Below, one piece after another: positions 1 through 10,000 of a stretch of DNA of 64,000 nt. The translations under genes and the position numbers were made by a program. The stretch covers positions 2,784,001-2,848,000 of the forward strand of contig OY969763.1 of assembly GCA_963702845.1 (NCBI GenBank), given 5' to 3'. The notes below the pieces were generated by a model that saw only the letters and a list, made by a program, of their open reading frames with translations, had not been told where the DNA came from and did no database searches. Numbering within the stretch: position 1 is the first letter of the stretch; every line of letters begins with the position of its first letter. Origin of the DNA: an uncultured Verrucomicrobiae bacterium (GTDB lineage Bacteria > Verrucomicrobiota > Verrucomicrobiia > Limisphaerales > Palsa-1400).

Positions 1-270
1 ATTCAGGAACGTCGCTGCAATACCGCTCGCTTGCAGAGCGTCGACCTGGTCTTTCATCAGGGCGATCAAAGGAGAGACAACCAGCACGAGGCCGGGACGG
101 ATCAGGGCCGGCATTTGGAAGCAGAGGGATTTGCCGCCGCCGGTGGGGAGCAACGCGAAAACGTCTTTGCCGGCCAGGACGTCGGTGATGATTTCTTGCT
201 GGAGCGGGCGGAATCCCGAGAATCCGAAGTATTGTTTGAGTAGCTTGAGCCAGTTCGCGTCCGCGGTCAT
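1..270 (-). CDS. recQ: RecQ-family ATP-dependent DNA helicase, 5' part (runs off window)
   Basis: Manual translation from ATG at 270: [56 protein letters not shown]...[27 protein letters not shown], with RecQ motifs 0, I and Ia. Not in the ORF track. Confidence 0.95.
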   Translation of the reverse strand, partial: MTADANWLKLLKQYFGFSGFRPLQQEIITDVLAGKDVFALLPTGGGKSLCFQMPALIRPGLVLVVSPLIALMKDQVDALQASGIAATFLN

Positions 271-467
271 GGTGGCAGGAGTTAAGCGGAGAGGAGAGGG
301 AAATGCGAGCAGATAGGTGAACCAGAGAAACTTCAAACTTCAAAAAAGCTTCAATATCCAAGCACGAGCCAAACTGCGTTCGGCGTTATGTTCTATCCAA
401 TCGTGCGATCGCAATTCAAAAGCGCCAGAGGACTGGCGCAGTCCAAAAGCTTCGCAATTTCGGCGCG

Positions 468-920
468 TTAGTTGGTCGCCGTGACGCGAGGGGGGGCGTT
501 GGTGCCGTCTTTGCGATTTGGATGCGCTTTGAGCAGATCGTTGAATTTTTTCTGCTGTTCGGGAGTGAGTTCTTGGCGCATTTCTTCGCGGACACGGCGC
601 ATTTCATCGCGCATTTGTGGAGAGATTTGTTGCCAGAGCGGACGGGTCCGATCGAGGCTGTCGTGCATGACTTTGTCGATTTTCTGGCGTTGTTCCGGAG
701 TGAGATCGAGTTGCCGATCCATTTTGTCCAGGAACTCTTTGCGTTGTAATTGCCATGGTGGCGCGCCGGGTGGTGCCGATGCATTTTTAGCTCCAGCCGA
801 CGAATGGTCGACTCGCGCAGCGCGCGGATGGGCAGTCTTGACCTTAACGACGAGACCGCCGGTCACGACACCGCAACCAAAGATGATCATGGTCGCGAGT
901 ATGACCTTCCAAGGACTCAC
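468..920 (-). CDS. Membrane-anchored helical periplasmic protein (Spy/CpxP-like), third gene of ECF sigma operon
   Basis: N-terminal TM helix, repeated LTPEQ motifs; 4-nt overlap with upstream gene. Confidence 0.7.
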   Translation of the reverse strand: MSPWKVILATMIIFGCGVVTGGLVVKVKTAHPRAARVDHSSAGAKNASAPPGAPPWQLQRKEFLDKMDRQLDLTPEQRQKIDKVMHDSLDRTRPLWQQISPQMRDEMRRVREEMRQELTPEQQKKFNDLLKAHPNRKDGTNAPPRVTATN

Positions 921-1225
921 CAGGCCGCGTCCTCAACGTGCTGATTCAGCCCGGCGTAAACGGCCGTTTCGAGATCCTGGGAAAGATCGCCGGTGTCGTT
1001 TGTTGCCAAGTGTGAAAATGACCACACGCCACAGAGCATGGTAATAGCGACGCAGGAGAGTGCGGCGCGCCAGAGGGGTTGCGCCCAAACCGCCCAGATG
1101 TTCAGGGGTGAATGCCCAAGCAGATTCGCCATTACGCGTTTTTCAAAGCAATACGGGACACTTTGCGACGGCGGATTAGCCTTCGCAGCGCTCATCAGTT
1201 TGGTTTGCAGGGCCTCTAAATTCAT
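917..1225 (-). CDS. Putative anti-sigma factor (small single-TM protein)
   Basis: 102 aa, one TM segment, directly downstream of ECF sigma. Confidence 0.6.
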   Translation of the reverse strand: MNLEALQTKLMSAAKANPPSQSVPYCFEKRVMANLLGHSPLNIWAVWAQPLWRAALSCVAITMLCGVWSFSHLATNDTGDLSQDLETAVYAGLNQHVEDAAW

Positions 1226-1275
1226 TTCAAAAAGTTAGACGGTTTCGGTTTCATCGGGGTTACACCGAAACCAAG

Positions 1276-1851
1276 CTACAAATATTTCTCTTTGGTCATT
1301 TTAGCCAAGATTTTTTTCATTTCGGCCCGAGCACGAAAAGCCCGCACTTTAACCAACGGGACGGACCAGCCGGTTAACTCGGCAATTTCTTTCACGGAAC
1401 GATCTTCGATTTCCAATAGTGTTATAATCAGACGCGCTGGCGGAGACAATTGTTCCATGACGCGGCCGATTAATTGTTTCGCGGCATCAGCGTGGTCACT
1501 GGCGCCGTCCGGCTCGACTTTGAAACGCTCTAGCCAATCGGTTTCGGGTTCGCTTAGTTCAGTGAATGCGGTTTCGCGATTGCGCTGGTGGGCACGGAGA
1601 AAATCGTAGCAAGTGCGGACCGCGAGGCGCATTAACCAATGTTCAAAAGGTGCTTCAGCGCGGAAACTGCCGAGTTTTTGGAAAGCTTTGATGAAAACCT
1701 CCTGAACAATATCTTCCACTTCGCTGTCACGGCGAGCGTAACGGCGCGCCGTGGCGAAAATGCGTGGCTGATATTTCTGAATCAGCGGCTCGAAACTGGC
1801 CGAGTCGCCCTTGAGGACGGCTGCGATCAGCTCCGCATCGGTCTTATCCAC
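1276..1851 (-). CDS. ECF-type RNA polymerase sigma-70 factor
   Basis: VEDIVQEVFIKAF, FEHWLMRLAVR (region 2); SVKEIAELTGWSVPLVKVRAFRAR (region 4). GTG at 1851 chosen because the ORF-track start overlaps the next gene. Confidence 0.92.
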   Translation of the reverse strand: MDKTDAELIAAVLKGDSASFEPLIQKYQPRIFATARRYARRDSEVEDIVQEVFIKAFQKLGSFRAEAPFEHWLMRLAVRTCYDFLRAHQRNRETAFTELSEPETDWLERFKVEPDGASDHADAAKQLIGRVMEQLSPPARLIITLLEIEDRSVKEIAELTGWSVPLVKVRAFRARAEMKKILAKMTKEKYL

Positions 1852-1900
1852 GCCGAGATTAAGGATTAAGAGGCAGCAATTAAGAAGGAAAAAGTGCGCC

Positions 1901-2452
1901 TCAAACGAGGTGGAGTTCCGGTTCGGGAATTTCCTGGCCCGAGTAGTCGAGCTTGCCGTCAATCATTCGCGCGGCACTGGTGAACGGATGTTCCTGGCTG
2001 GAGGTCTTGCCAAGGATGTGAATAACGGTGACACCCCGCGCTTTGAGGTAGTCGGCAATCAGTGCACGATGACAACGCCACCAAACGGCTTCGGCGCACG
2101 TGATAACGGTGCGCTTCTGCTCGGCGAGAGTCATCAAACGTTCGACTCCGCTTTGGAACGTGGGCGTCATCATGAAATCGGCATAACCGCGGAAGGATTC
2201 GTTGCGCCAGGCAGTATTTGGAGAATCGAGGCTTGGGCGTCGTCGACCGCCGAGTTCGGCGAAGTGATGATATTCGATGCCCGATCTTTTCATCGATTTG
2301 AACAACTCCATCTGGCTGAATTGAGGAAATCGACGCGAAACGGCAAAGCGGCGAACATCCGCTAACGCTTCAATATCGTAAGCCTGCAACAGTTCCAAAA
2401 ACTCCTCGGCAGAACGGCGCGAGTGACCAATTGTCCAGATTTCCTGGCTCAT
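1901..2452 (-). CDS. DUF488 family protein
   Basis: IWTIGHS, ADVRRF, ELGGRR, CAEAVWWRCHR motifs. Confidence 0.9.
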   Translation of the reverse strand: MSQEIWTIGHSRRSAEEFLELLQAYDIEALADVRRFAVSRRFPQFSQMELFKSMKRSGIEYHHFAELGGRRRPSLDSPNTAWRNESFRGYADFMMTPTFQSGVERLMTLAEQKRTVITCAEAVWWRCHRALIADYLKARGVTVIHILGKTSSQEHPFTSAARMIDGKLDYSGQEIPEPELHLV

Positions 2453-2535
2453 ACCCGTCGGTAATATACGCCAGAACGAGCCAAAGCAAACGGGTCGTTG
2501 CCCGCGCGCTAGTTTTCGGCTTCACTTAAACGTCG

Positions 2536-3159
2536 ATGAAATTTGAGCCGTTGCCGCGTTCATTTTATTTGCCGTCCGCCGAGGTGGTTGCGCCAAGATT
2601 GTTGGGGCATTGGTTAGTGAGGCGCTCGCCACGCGGGTTGATGGCGGGACGGATTGTTGAAACAGAAGCGTATTTAATCGCCGATCCGGCGAGCCACGGA
2701 TATGTAGGCGAAACGGCGCGCAATCGTGTGATGTATGGCCCGCCGGGCTTTGTCTACGTTTACCTGATTTATGGTAATTACTTTTGTTTCAATACGGTGT
2801 GCCTCGCGAAAGGGAAAGCTGAGGCGGTACTGGTTCGTGCGGTTGAAGCCGAAATGGGCGAGGACTTGATGCGGGTGAATCGGGCGGTCCAACACGTCGA
2901 GCAACTCACAAATGGGCCAGGGAAACTTTGCGATGCGATGGAAATTACGCGCGAGCTCGATGGGGCTGATTTGTGCAGCGCTTACTCGGCGGTGTTTGTT
3001 GCACGAAATTTCGACTTGGCAGAATACCTGGCTGAACGTGGGCCAATGGTGACGACGACACGAATCGGGCTTACGAAAGCAGCGGAATTGCCACTTAGAT
3101 TTTATTTGGACAAAAGCAGGTTTATTTCGAAGCGAGTCCCAAAACCCCGCGCAAAGTGA
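2536..3159 (+). CDS. mpg: DNA-3-methyladenine glycosylase (MPG/AAG family)
   Basis: GRIVETEAY, YVYLIYG, AVLVRA, TNGPGKLC, TRIGL motifs. Confidence 0.93.
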   Translation: MKFEPLPRSFYLPSAEVVAPRLLGHWLVRRSPRGLMAGRIVETEAYLIADPASHGYVGETARNRVMYGPPGFVYVYLIYGNYFCFNTVCLAKGKAEAVLVRAVEAEMGEDLMRVNRAVQHVEQLTNGPGKLCDAMEITRELDGADLCSAYSAVFVARNFDLAEYLAERGPMVTTTRIGLTKAAELPLRFYLDKSRFISKRVPKPRAK

Positions 3160-3164
3160 ACAGT

Positions 3165-4124
3165 TCAGTTTGCCGGGGCTGGAACTTTTACCGAGCGCCC
3201 GGCCATCCATTTTGCGGTCGCTTTCATCAAGCCGATGGAAATCATCACGGTGATATGTCCGGAATGGCGGCGCCAAATTTCTGGTTCGCCCCAGGCCTGC
3301 CACAAGTCTTCGACCGTTTCCGCAGGAACAAAACGATCGTAGGTGGCTTCGACGATGAGAATGTTTTGTTTGGCTATTCGCGGGCGGTGGTTGTCCAGAT
3401 TGAACGGCGCCAGATCCATTTTTGCGCCGCGTAGGGCACGGCGAATCGGCGCGACGAAAGCGGTTTCGGCAATCATCCTGTCCATGCGTGCGACGGGCGT
3501 GACCAAAACCGCGGAATGAAATTGTTCGTCGTGACAAACGGTCAGACCAGCGAGCCAGCCACCGAGTGAAATTCCCCAAAGGCTTACCTGCTCGCACCCC
3601 TGCTCTTTCAACCACTCGCGGAGCGCGCGAATGTCGGCGATCGCTTGTTGCGTGGCTTGCACGGTGCGAAGAACGTCGTCGGAGATGAAATTGCGCACGG
3701 CCGCGGGCGGCGCGGGACGACGTTGAAAATGGTAAGGCAATTCCAGAATCACACAGTTCATTCCGATGCGATTAAACTGCCGAGCGAGGAAAGGAAACCG
3801 GAACCGATAGCTGATATCGTCGTTCCATCCGTGCAGCAGGATCACGGTAGGTTTGGACGTCCAGGAATTTCGACAGCGAAAAATCCGGCCGTAAACGACG
3901 TTGTTTTGCACGAACGGAGTTTGGATCGCCGACCGGAACTCGAATCGTCCGTTAGATGCAAAGATAAGCTTGGGCGCGCTGACTTCCGGCGCAAAAAAGT
4001 TCTCACTGTTTATCAACGCTTCGGCGGCGGCGAGCTGCGGATTACACCCCGTCGGAGCGGGCATGCGCGCTGCTGCTGAGCGAATCACCCACGAATCCAG
4101 CAATTTGCAAACTAATGCGTTCAC
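3165..4124 (-). CDS. Alpha/beta-hydrolase (ABHD18/DUF2048-like)
   Basis: ILLHGW, LPYHFQRRP, nucleophile elbow GISLGG, D and GH catalytic positions; start (GTG 4124) uncertain. Confidence 0.8.
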   Translation of the reverse strand: MNALVCKLLDSWVIRSAAARMPAPTGCNPQLAAAEALINSENFFAPEVSAPKLIFASNGRFEFRSAIQTPFVQNNVVYGRIFRCRNSWTSKPTVILLHGWNDDISYRFRFPFLARQFNRIGMNCVILELPYHFQRRPAPPAAVRNFISDDVLRTVQATQQAIADIRALREWLKEQGCEQVSLWGISLGGWLAGLTVCHDEQFHSAVLVTPVARMDRMIAETAFVAPIRRALRGAKMDLAPFNLDNHRPRIAKQNILIVEATYDRFVPAETVEDLWQAWGEPEIWRRHSGHITVMISIGLMKATAKWMAGRSVKVPAPAN

Positions 4125-4190
4125 GTGACAGTTTCGAAAAAACAAAAAGCGGGTTGTATTCAACCCATTTAACATTCTATACCAGCAGCG

Positions 4191-4910
4191 ATGATAAACA
4201 AAATGTTTGGGCACACATTGCTCATCGGACTTGTTCTCGGATGTAGCGCAGGGTGCGCCACGAAAGCGTCCTCAGGAGAAGTAGAAGTGGCGCCTGCCCG
4301 ACGGCCAGGCGGCGAAGTGGTTCAGTCGGGTCGCACGAATAGTTGGTCGGCGGATTGGAAGCCGTTGTTCGATGGGAAATCGTTGCGTAATTGGGCGACC
4401 ACGGATTTTGCGGGCGGCATCGAAGCGACGGTCGAGAAAGGCGCGATTCAGATTGAGGCCGGTGCGGAGTTGAGCGGCATCACGTGGACCAATGGATCGC
4501 TTCCAAAGACAAACTACGAACTCGCGCTGGATGCGATGAAGGTGCAGGGCAGCGATTTTTTCTGTGGCCTGACGTTCCCGGTGCGGAATTCGTTTTGTAG
4601 TTTGATCCTTGGTGGCTGGGGCGGATCGGTCGTCGGATTGTCGAGTATTGATGGACTGGACGCGTCTGAGAATGAAACGACGAAGTCGCTCTATTTCGCG
4701 CCGGATAAGTGGTGCCATGTGCGGGTGCGCGTCACGGATAAAAAAATTGAAACGTGGATCGATAACGATTTGATTATTGATGTGCCAATTGAAAACCGAG
4801 AGATCGCAATGCGCTTCGGCGAGATTTATAAGTCGAAGCCGCTTGGGATTGCGACATACACAACAAGCTCTGCGATCAAGAACATCCAACTACGTCTGGT
4901 GAACCCGTGA
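4191..4910 (+). CDS. DUF1080 (3-keto-disaccharide hydrolase-like) secreted protein
   Basis: Signal/lipoprotein-like N-terminus, WKPLFDGKSL, DFFCGLTFP, GGWGG, IKNIQLR. Confidence 0.85.
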   Translation: MINKMFGHTLLIGLVLGCSAGCATKASSGEVEVAPARRPGGEVVQSGRTNSWSADWKPLFDGKSLRNWATTDFAGGIEATVEKGAIQIEAGAELSGITWTNGSLPKTNYELALDAMKVQGSDFFCGLTFPVRNSFCSLILGGWGGSVVGLSSIDGLDASENETTKSLYFAPDKWCHVRVRVTDKKIETWIDNDLIIDVPIENREIAMRFGEIYKSKPLGIATYTTSSAIKNIQLRLVNP

Positions 4911-5512
4911 TGAAAGCTCCCGAAGAAGGCAGTCTGATTCTGACCGTTTCGATTCTTGAGCGGCTGAAAATCGCCGGGGTATTTCCGAAGGAACAGGCGG
5001 TTGAAGTGGAACTTGGCAGCGGCGATGGCTCGTTCCTGATGCAGTACGCGGCGTTGCATCCAGAGCACAATTTTATTGGGCTCGAGCGGTTGCTTGGGCG
5101 GTTGCGAAAAATTGACCGGAAAGGAAGGCGCGCTGGTTTGCAGAACCTGAGGGCGGTGAGGTTGGAAGCGTCCTATTTTCTCCAATATGTGTTACCGAAG
5201 GATTCTATTTCCGCGATTCACATTTATTTTCCCGATCCCTGGCCGAAACGGAAACATCGCAAGAATCGATTAATTCAAACGGGCTTTTCGGAATTGTGTG
5301 CTGGTGTTTTGACGACGGATGGACGGGTGTATCTGCGGACTGATGATGCCGATTATTTCAAGCAGATGCAGGAAGTGTTCGGAGCGTCTCCGTTGTTCCG
5401 ACAAATTGAGACACCCGAATCGTTAAGCTCAGTTTTGACGGATTTCGAACGCGGTTTCCTCATTCGTGGTGTGCAAACAAATCGCGCCGCGTTTGAACTT
5501 ACACGTCGATAA
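4907..5512 (+). CDS. trmB: tRNA (guanine-N7)-methyltransferase
   Basis: EVELGSGDG, NFIGLE, IYFPDPWPKRKHRKNRL, LRTD, TDFE. Confidence 0.93.
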   Translation: MMKAPEEGSLILTVSILERLKIAGVFPKEQAVEVELGSGDGSFLMQYAALHPEHNFIGLERLLGRLRKIDRKGRRAGLQNLRAVRLEASYFLQYVLPKDSISAIHIYFPDPWPKRKHRKNRLIQTGFSELCAGVLTTDGRVYLRTDDADYFKQMQEVFGASPLFRQIETPESLSSVLTDFERGFLIRGVQTNRAAFELTRR

Positions 5513-5942
5513 CCGGACCGTCGTCGTTTGAGCGACGAGGCGGAGGAGGAGGCTCCGAAGGGCGTTGAAAGCGGACGCGCGAGCGGCCGGTGCCGGTCAG
5601 CGAATTTAAAATGAGTGTGGTCAAACTGATGACCAGTCCGCCCCAGAACGCCGCGCCAAAGCCTTGCACGTGGAAATGATTTTCGCCGAGGAGCGCGCTC
5701 ACGGCCATGAGTAATAACGCATTGATGACTAGCGAAAACAGACCAAGTGTCACAATCATCAGCGGAAAAGTTAAGAACATCATGATCGGCCGAATGAATG
5801 CATTCAGAAATCCGAGCAACAATGTGGCGACCATGAGGTCGATCGGTTGATTATAATCGATCCCCTTCACAATTTTCGTCGCAACAAGGACTGCGAGCGT
5901 CGTGATAATCCAGCCAAACAAAAATGATTTAACGCGAGACAT
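5499..5942 (-). CDS. YvlD/DUF360 'phage holin family' 4-TM membrane protein
   Basis: LNAFIRP...LTFPL.IVTLGLF..VINA, GFGAAFWG motifs. Confidence 0.88.
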   Translation of the reverse strand: MSRVKSFLFGWIITTLAVLVATKIVKGIDYNQPIDLMVATLLLGFLNAFIRPIMMFLTFPLMIVTLGLFSLVINALLLMAVSALLGENHFHVQGFGAAFWGGLVISLTTLILNSLTGTGRSRVRFQRPSEPPPPPRRSNDDGPVIDV

Positions 5943-6001
5943 CTTTTCTCGATGAAAAGATTCAGCACCATCGGTGGTAACACAAGCACGATTTAGAAAA
6001 C

Positions 6002-6030
6002 AAAAAGCCGACCCGTAATTCGGCCGGCTT
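6002..6030 (-). terminator. Intrinsic terminator
   Basis: Minus strand AAGCCGGCC-loop-GGTCGGCTT followed by T run, just after stop at 6045. Confidence 0.7.
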
Positions 6031-6044
6031 GTGATTGCGACCTG

Positions 6045-6891
6045 TTATTGCGCAACTCCGGCGCCGACTAATCCTTCGCTAATAACACTTCCGTCCTGCG
6101 CGACGGTGATTTGATATTGCTGATTGTCTTTCATATACAACCCACGGTAACCAACTCGGCCATCGGGGTTCGTGATTTGTTGGACTATGTCAATATGCGC
6201 ATAGCCGGTGCGATCGAGCATCGGTTTTTGCACAGACCAACCGAGGTCTTGAAACGCTAAATTGCCGGTAACTTGTCCGGTTTGCGTGCTCGCGGCCGCG
6301 GCAGCGTTTGAATTGGCGGGGACATTGGCACCGGCGGCTTCGTTTACAGTTGCGCCCTGCAGGAGCCCGCCACTTTCCGTCACGATTACATGCTGTGACG
6401 ATGAGCCCGGCGCCTGAATGAGCGCGTCATAAACAGGGCCCCGGTAAATGCCTTGCACCACAGATGTGATGTCGCCACCGGCGGCTTCCGCCAAGACCGA
6501 CTGTTGCACGATCGCCGGAAGTTGCTGGAATCGAATAGTTCGGGCATCGTTGAGTGGGTCGGCGATCAGACCGCCGTCACCGCTGAGCACAGATCCGTTC
6601 GATGTAAATTGAAGCGTCTGAACCCCTCCGTATTGCACTAAAGTCACGCGGTATGCCGGGCCAGAGTATGTTACCTCGTTCAACGCCTGCTACCACGCCA
6701 CCGCCGGCCTGCGAACGAATTATTTGTTGAACATTGGCCGGTAGTTGGTTAAACCGAACTGAGGTCCGGCCTGTGATCGCCACAGGTCGGCCTAGAACTG
6801 ATCCTCCAATGGTGATGACCTGCGCCTGAAGTCCAATGGATGGGAGCAACAATCCCAATCCAACCACGCTGCTCACGAAAATCTTTTTCAT
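6045..6891 (-). pseudogene. Secreted protein with three PepSY-like repeats, split by one frameshift near 6671
   Basis: ORFs 6577..6891 and 6045..6683 join if one A is removed (GGT AAC ATA to GGT ACA TAC, giving VERGTYSGPAY, parallel to VVQGIYRGPVY in repeat 2); repeats RFNQLPANVQQ / RFQQLPAIVQQ / AFQDLGWSVQK. Confidence 0.7.
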
Positions 6892-6993
6892 TATTCCTCC
6901 TGCTTAATATCGGCCCTGAATTCAACACGGCTACCTCGGGGAAAAACGCATTTCACAATAAGATTTAAGCTGGGGTGGTGAAAATCGCTTAGG

Positions 6994-7031
6994 AAAAATA
7001 AAAAAGGCGTCCCGCTTTTGCGGGACGCCTT
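6994..7031 (-). terminator. Intrinsic terminator of the Ig-protein operon
   Basis: AGGCGTCCCGC-AAAA-GCGGGACGCCT then TTTTTATTTTT on minus strand. Confidence 0.9.
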
Positions 7032-7047
7032 GTGAATTAGTCGTTAA

Positions 7048-10000
7048 TTACGGGTGGTTTGAGAACACAGCCGTATTGGTCCGTCCAAGCGACATGGTGA
7101 AGGTCAATGGATTGGCCAGTTGATCAGCCAATGGGCCAGTGCTGTCTGACACGGTCCATTTCTGGAAGGTTATGCCTCTGCCGATTGGCGTGGCCTTTAT
7201 TGTGTAATTGTGGCCCACCGCCAGCACCGCTGTGTTGGTCGGGTTGCCCCAGTTCTTCGAGGTCGCATCGGTCACCGAGGTGATCCGGCCAGTCCCGCTG
7301 GTCGCCAGGGTCAGCGCTTGTGGATTGGCAATGAAGAACATGTGCGTGCCCTTCGTGGTCGTGCTCGTGTTGCCGTCCGAGTCCGTCGCCAGGCCCCAGA
7401 AGATGTTGGTTCCATCTACCATGCTCACGTGCGAGAGGAAGAATGCCGGCTTGCCGGCTGCGGTGTTCGTTGCCGTCAGGTCGGTCACCTTCTTCACGAA
7501 TGTCGCCGGGAACACCGCCTGATTGACGGCGTTGCTGACCCAGGCTGACACGATCAAACCTTTATCCACTGCCTTGCCGAGGAAGTCGACATCAGGCGCG
7601 TGATTGGTTCCGGTCGGATCAACTGGAACGTCATTAGTGGTCAACGCGTGTTTGGCTGCCATGTCCGTTGGCTTCAACAAGAGCACCACTTTGGGAACTT
7701 CAGTGTCTTGAGTGACCGTCAGGGAGAGACTGGCTGTGCCACCTGTCGGCGAGTTGTTGCTCACCACGCAGGAGTAGACCGCTGTGTTAGCGGTCTGAAC
7801 ATCCACCAGCGAGTAGGTCGAGGTGGTTGCGCCGCTGATGGCATTGCCGTTCTTGTTCCATTGATAGCTCAGGGTCTGATTGAGCGCACCCTTAGTCACT
7901 TTGGCTACCATGGTGTAGTTGAAACCAGCCAGCAACGTCTTGCTGGGCGGAGCAATTTTCACCAAAGGCGCGTCGTAGACCGTCAGAGTCGCGCTGATGC
8001 TGGTTGCGCCTGAATGGAGCGAGTTGGTCACGGTGCAGTAATAGGAGCCGCCATTGGCCGCGTTAGCTACGTTGTTGATGCTAAGCGTGGCGTTGGTCAC
8101 AGCCGGGATGGTCGCGCTCTTGACCATCTTCTTGGGTGTCGTGGTGCCGTTCTTAACGAAGTACCATTGATAGGTTAACGGGCCAGTTCCACCAGCAGTG
8201 ATGCTGAATGTAATGTTGCTCTTGGTGGTGGCGACCACGTTGACGGGCTGGATGTTGACCGCAGGATCGTTCACGGAGACTACTGCGGCAGTGGTCGATT
8301 GCGTTATGTTATTCGCGGTTACCGCGCAGACGTAGCTGCCACTGTCAGCACCGGTCACATCGGTTTTGCTGTAGATGGCATTGGTTGCACCATCGATGGC
8401 GATGTTGTCCTTGCTCCATTGATAGGTTGCATCCAAGCCAGTCGCAACGACAGTCAATGTAAGAGTCGTGCCAGCGTTGATGGTTTGACCAACTGGCTGC
8501 CCGATAATACCCGGTCCGCACGCGTTAACAGCAACGATAGCTACTGCGCTTGTTACTGAACCGCTGGTTCCAGTCACCACTACGGCGAATCTGCCGGCTG
8601 ATAACGCGTCGACATTAGTGAAACACAAGGTGCTGTTCGTCGCATCTGTGATCGCTGTCCCGTTCGCGTCAGGAGTGAACCATTGATATGTCAGCGCGTC
8701 GGAGCTGGTGGCAACAACGGCAAGGCAGGTGCCTCCGCCGCAATTCACGGTAGTGTTCTGAGGATTCACAACAATGAATGGGTCAATGACAACCAGCGTT
8801 GCGGTCGCGCTTGCTGTGCTGTCGGCATTGTTCGCGGTGACCGTATAACTTCCCGCATCCGAATCCTGCAGGTTGGTGATAGTCAGAGAGGCGGAGGTCG
8901 CACCAACGATGGTGGTGCCGTTATCGGTGACAGGGTTGCCGTCTTTGATCCAGCTATAGGTGAATGGAGCAGTGCCGTTCGCCACGACTGTGAAGACAGT
9001 GGTTTGGGCGAAACCGTTGGTGGCGTTATCCGGGCCGGTTAAAGCAACGGGATCGATAACGGTCAACGACGCAGCGAAGCTGGTCGGCGATCCATCAGGG
9101 CCGGTGACGACGCAGCTATATGCGCCAGTGTCGCCGGATGTCACCGAGGCGATCGTTGTTGATGCCGCAGTTTCGCCGGAAATCGGGTTGTTGTCTTTCA
9201 GCCATTGGTAGGTGAGTCCGGTGCCGATGGCAGTGACACTGAACGTGGCGCTATGACCGGTGGCACGAGTGAGGCTGACAGGATTTGCAGTGATGACAGG
9301 ATCCTGAACGGTGAGGGTCGCGGCTGCCGTGGTGGCGGGAGTACCGGAACCGGAAACGGTACAAGTGAAGGAACCTTCGTCGCCTTGCAACACGCCGTTG
9401 ATGGAGAGCGCGGCTGTGTGGGTGCCAGAATAACTCGCGCCGCTGGCCCCGGCCCCGTCGATCAGAGGTGTTCCGTTAAGGGACCAGGCGTAGGTGAGTG
9501 TTCCGGAGCCAGTCGCAATGCAGGCGAAGCCGATGTTATCACCGGCGTTGGCCGAAACGTTCGCGGGCGATGTCACGACCAGCGGATCGTTGACGGTCAA
9601 TATCGCAGTGCTCGATGCGGAGCTGGCTTCGTTGGTGACGGCAATGGTGTAGCTGCCGTGATCTGCAAAAGCTACACCGGTCAATGTTAAGCTGGGGGTG
9701 CTCGATCCGCTGACGATGCCGCCATCGGTGAGGTTAACACCATTTTTCTTCCACTTGTAGGTGATTGTGCCGCCGCCGGTCGCGGTCGCACTGAAGGTTA
9801 CGGTATCTCCATAGTTTGCAGTAGCGCTCGCCGGAGGGCTGGTGATGGTGACGCCGTCAATCACGGTGAGGGTGGCCGAGTTCGTCACAGAGCTCGGAAT
9901 GGCGTCACTCACGACGACCGTGTAGGTATCGATATCAGCAGCGGAAGCGCCAGTAATGGTCAGCGCGGAGGTGGTTGCACCGACGATATTGCCGCCATTG

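Noticed and set aside
328..363. AAACTTC-type short tandem repeat
   Set aside because: Short degenerate heptamer repeat with no associated structure; not informative alone.
5499..5942. Holin as evidence of a prophage
   Set aside because: YvlD/DUF360 family is a common chromosomal membrane protein; context is housekeeping.
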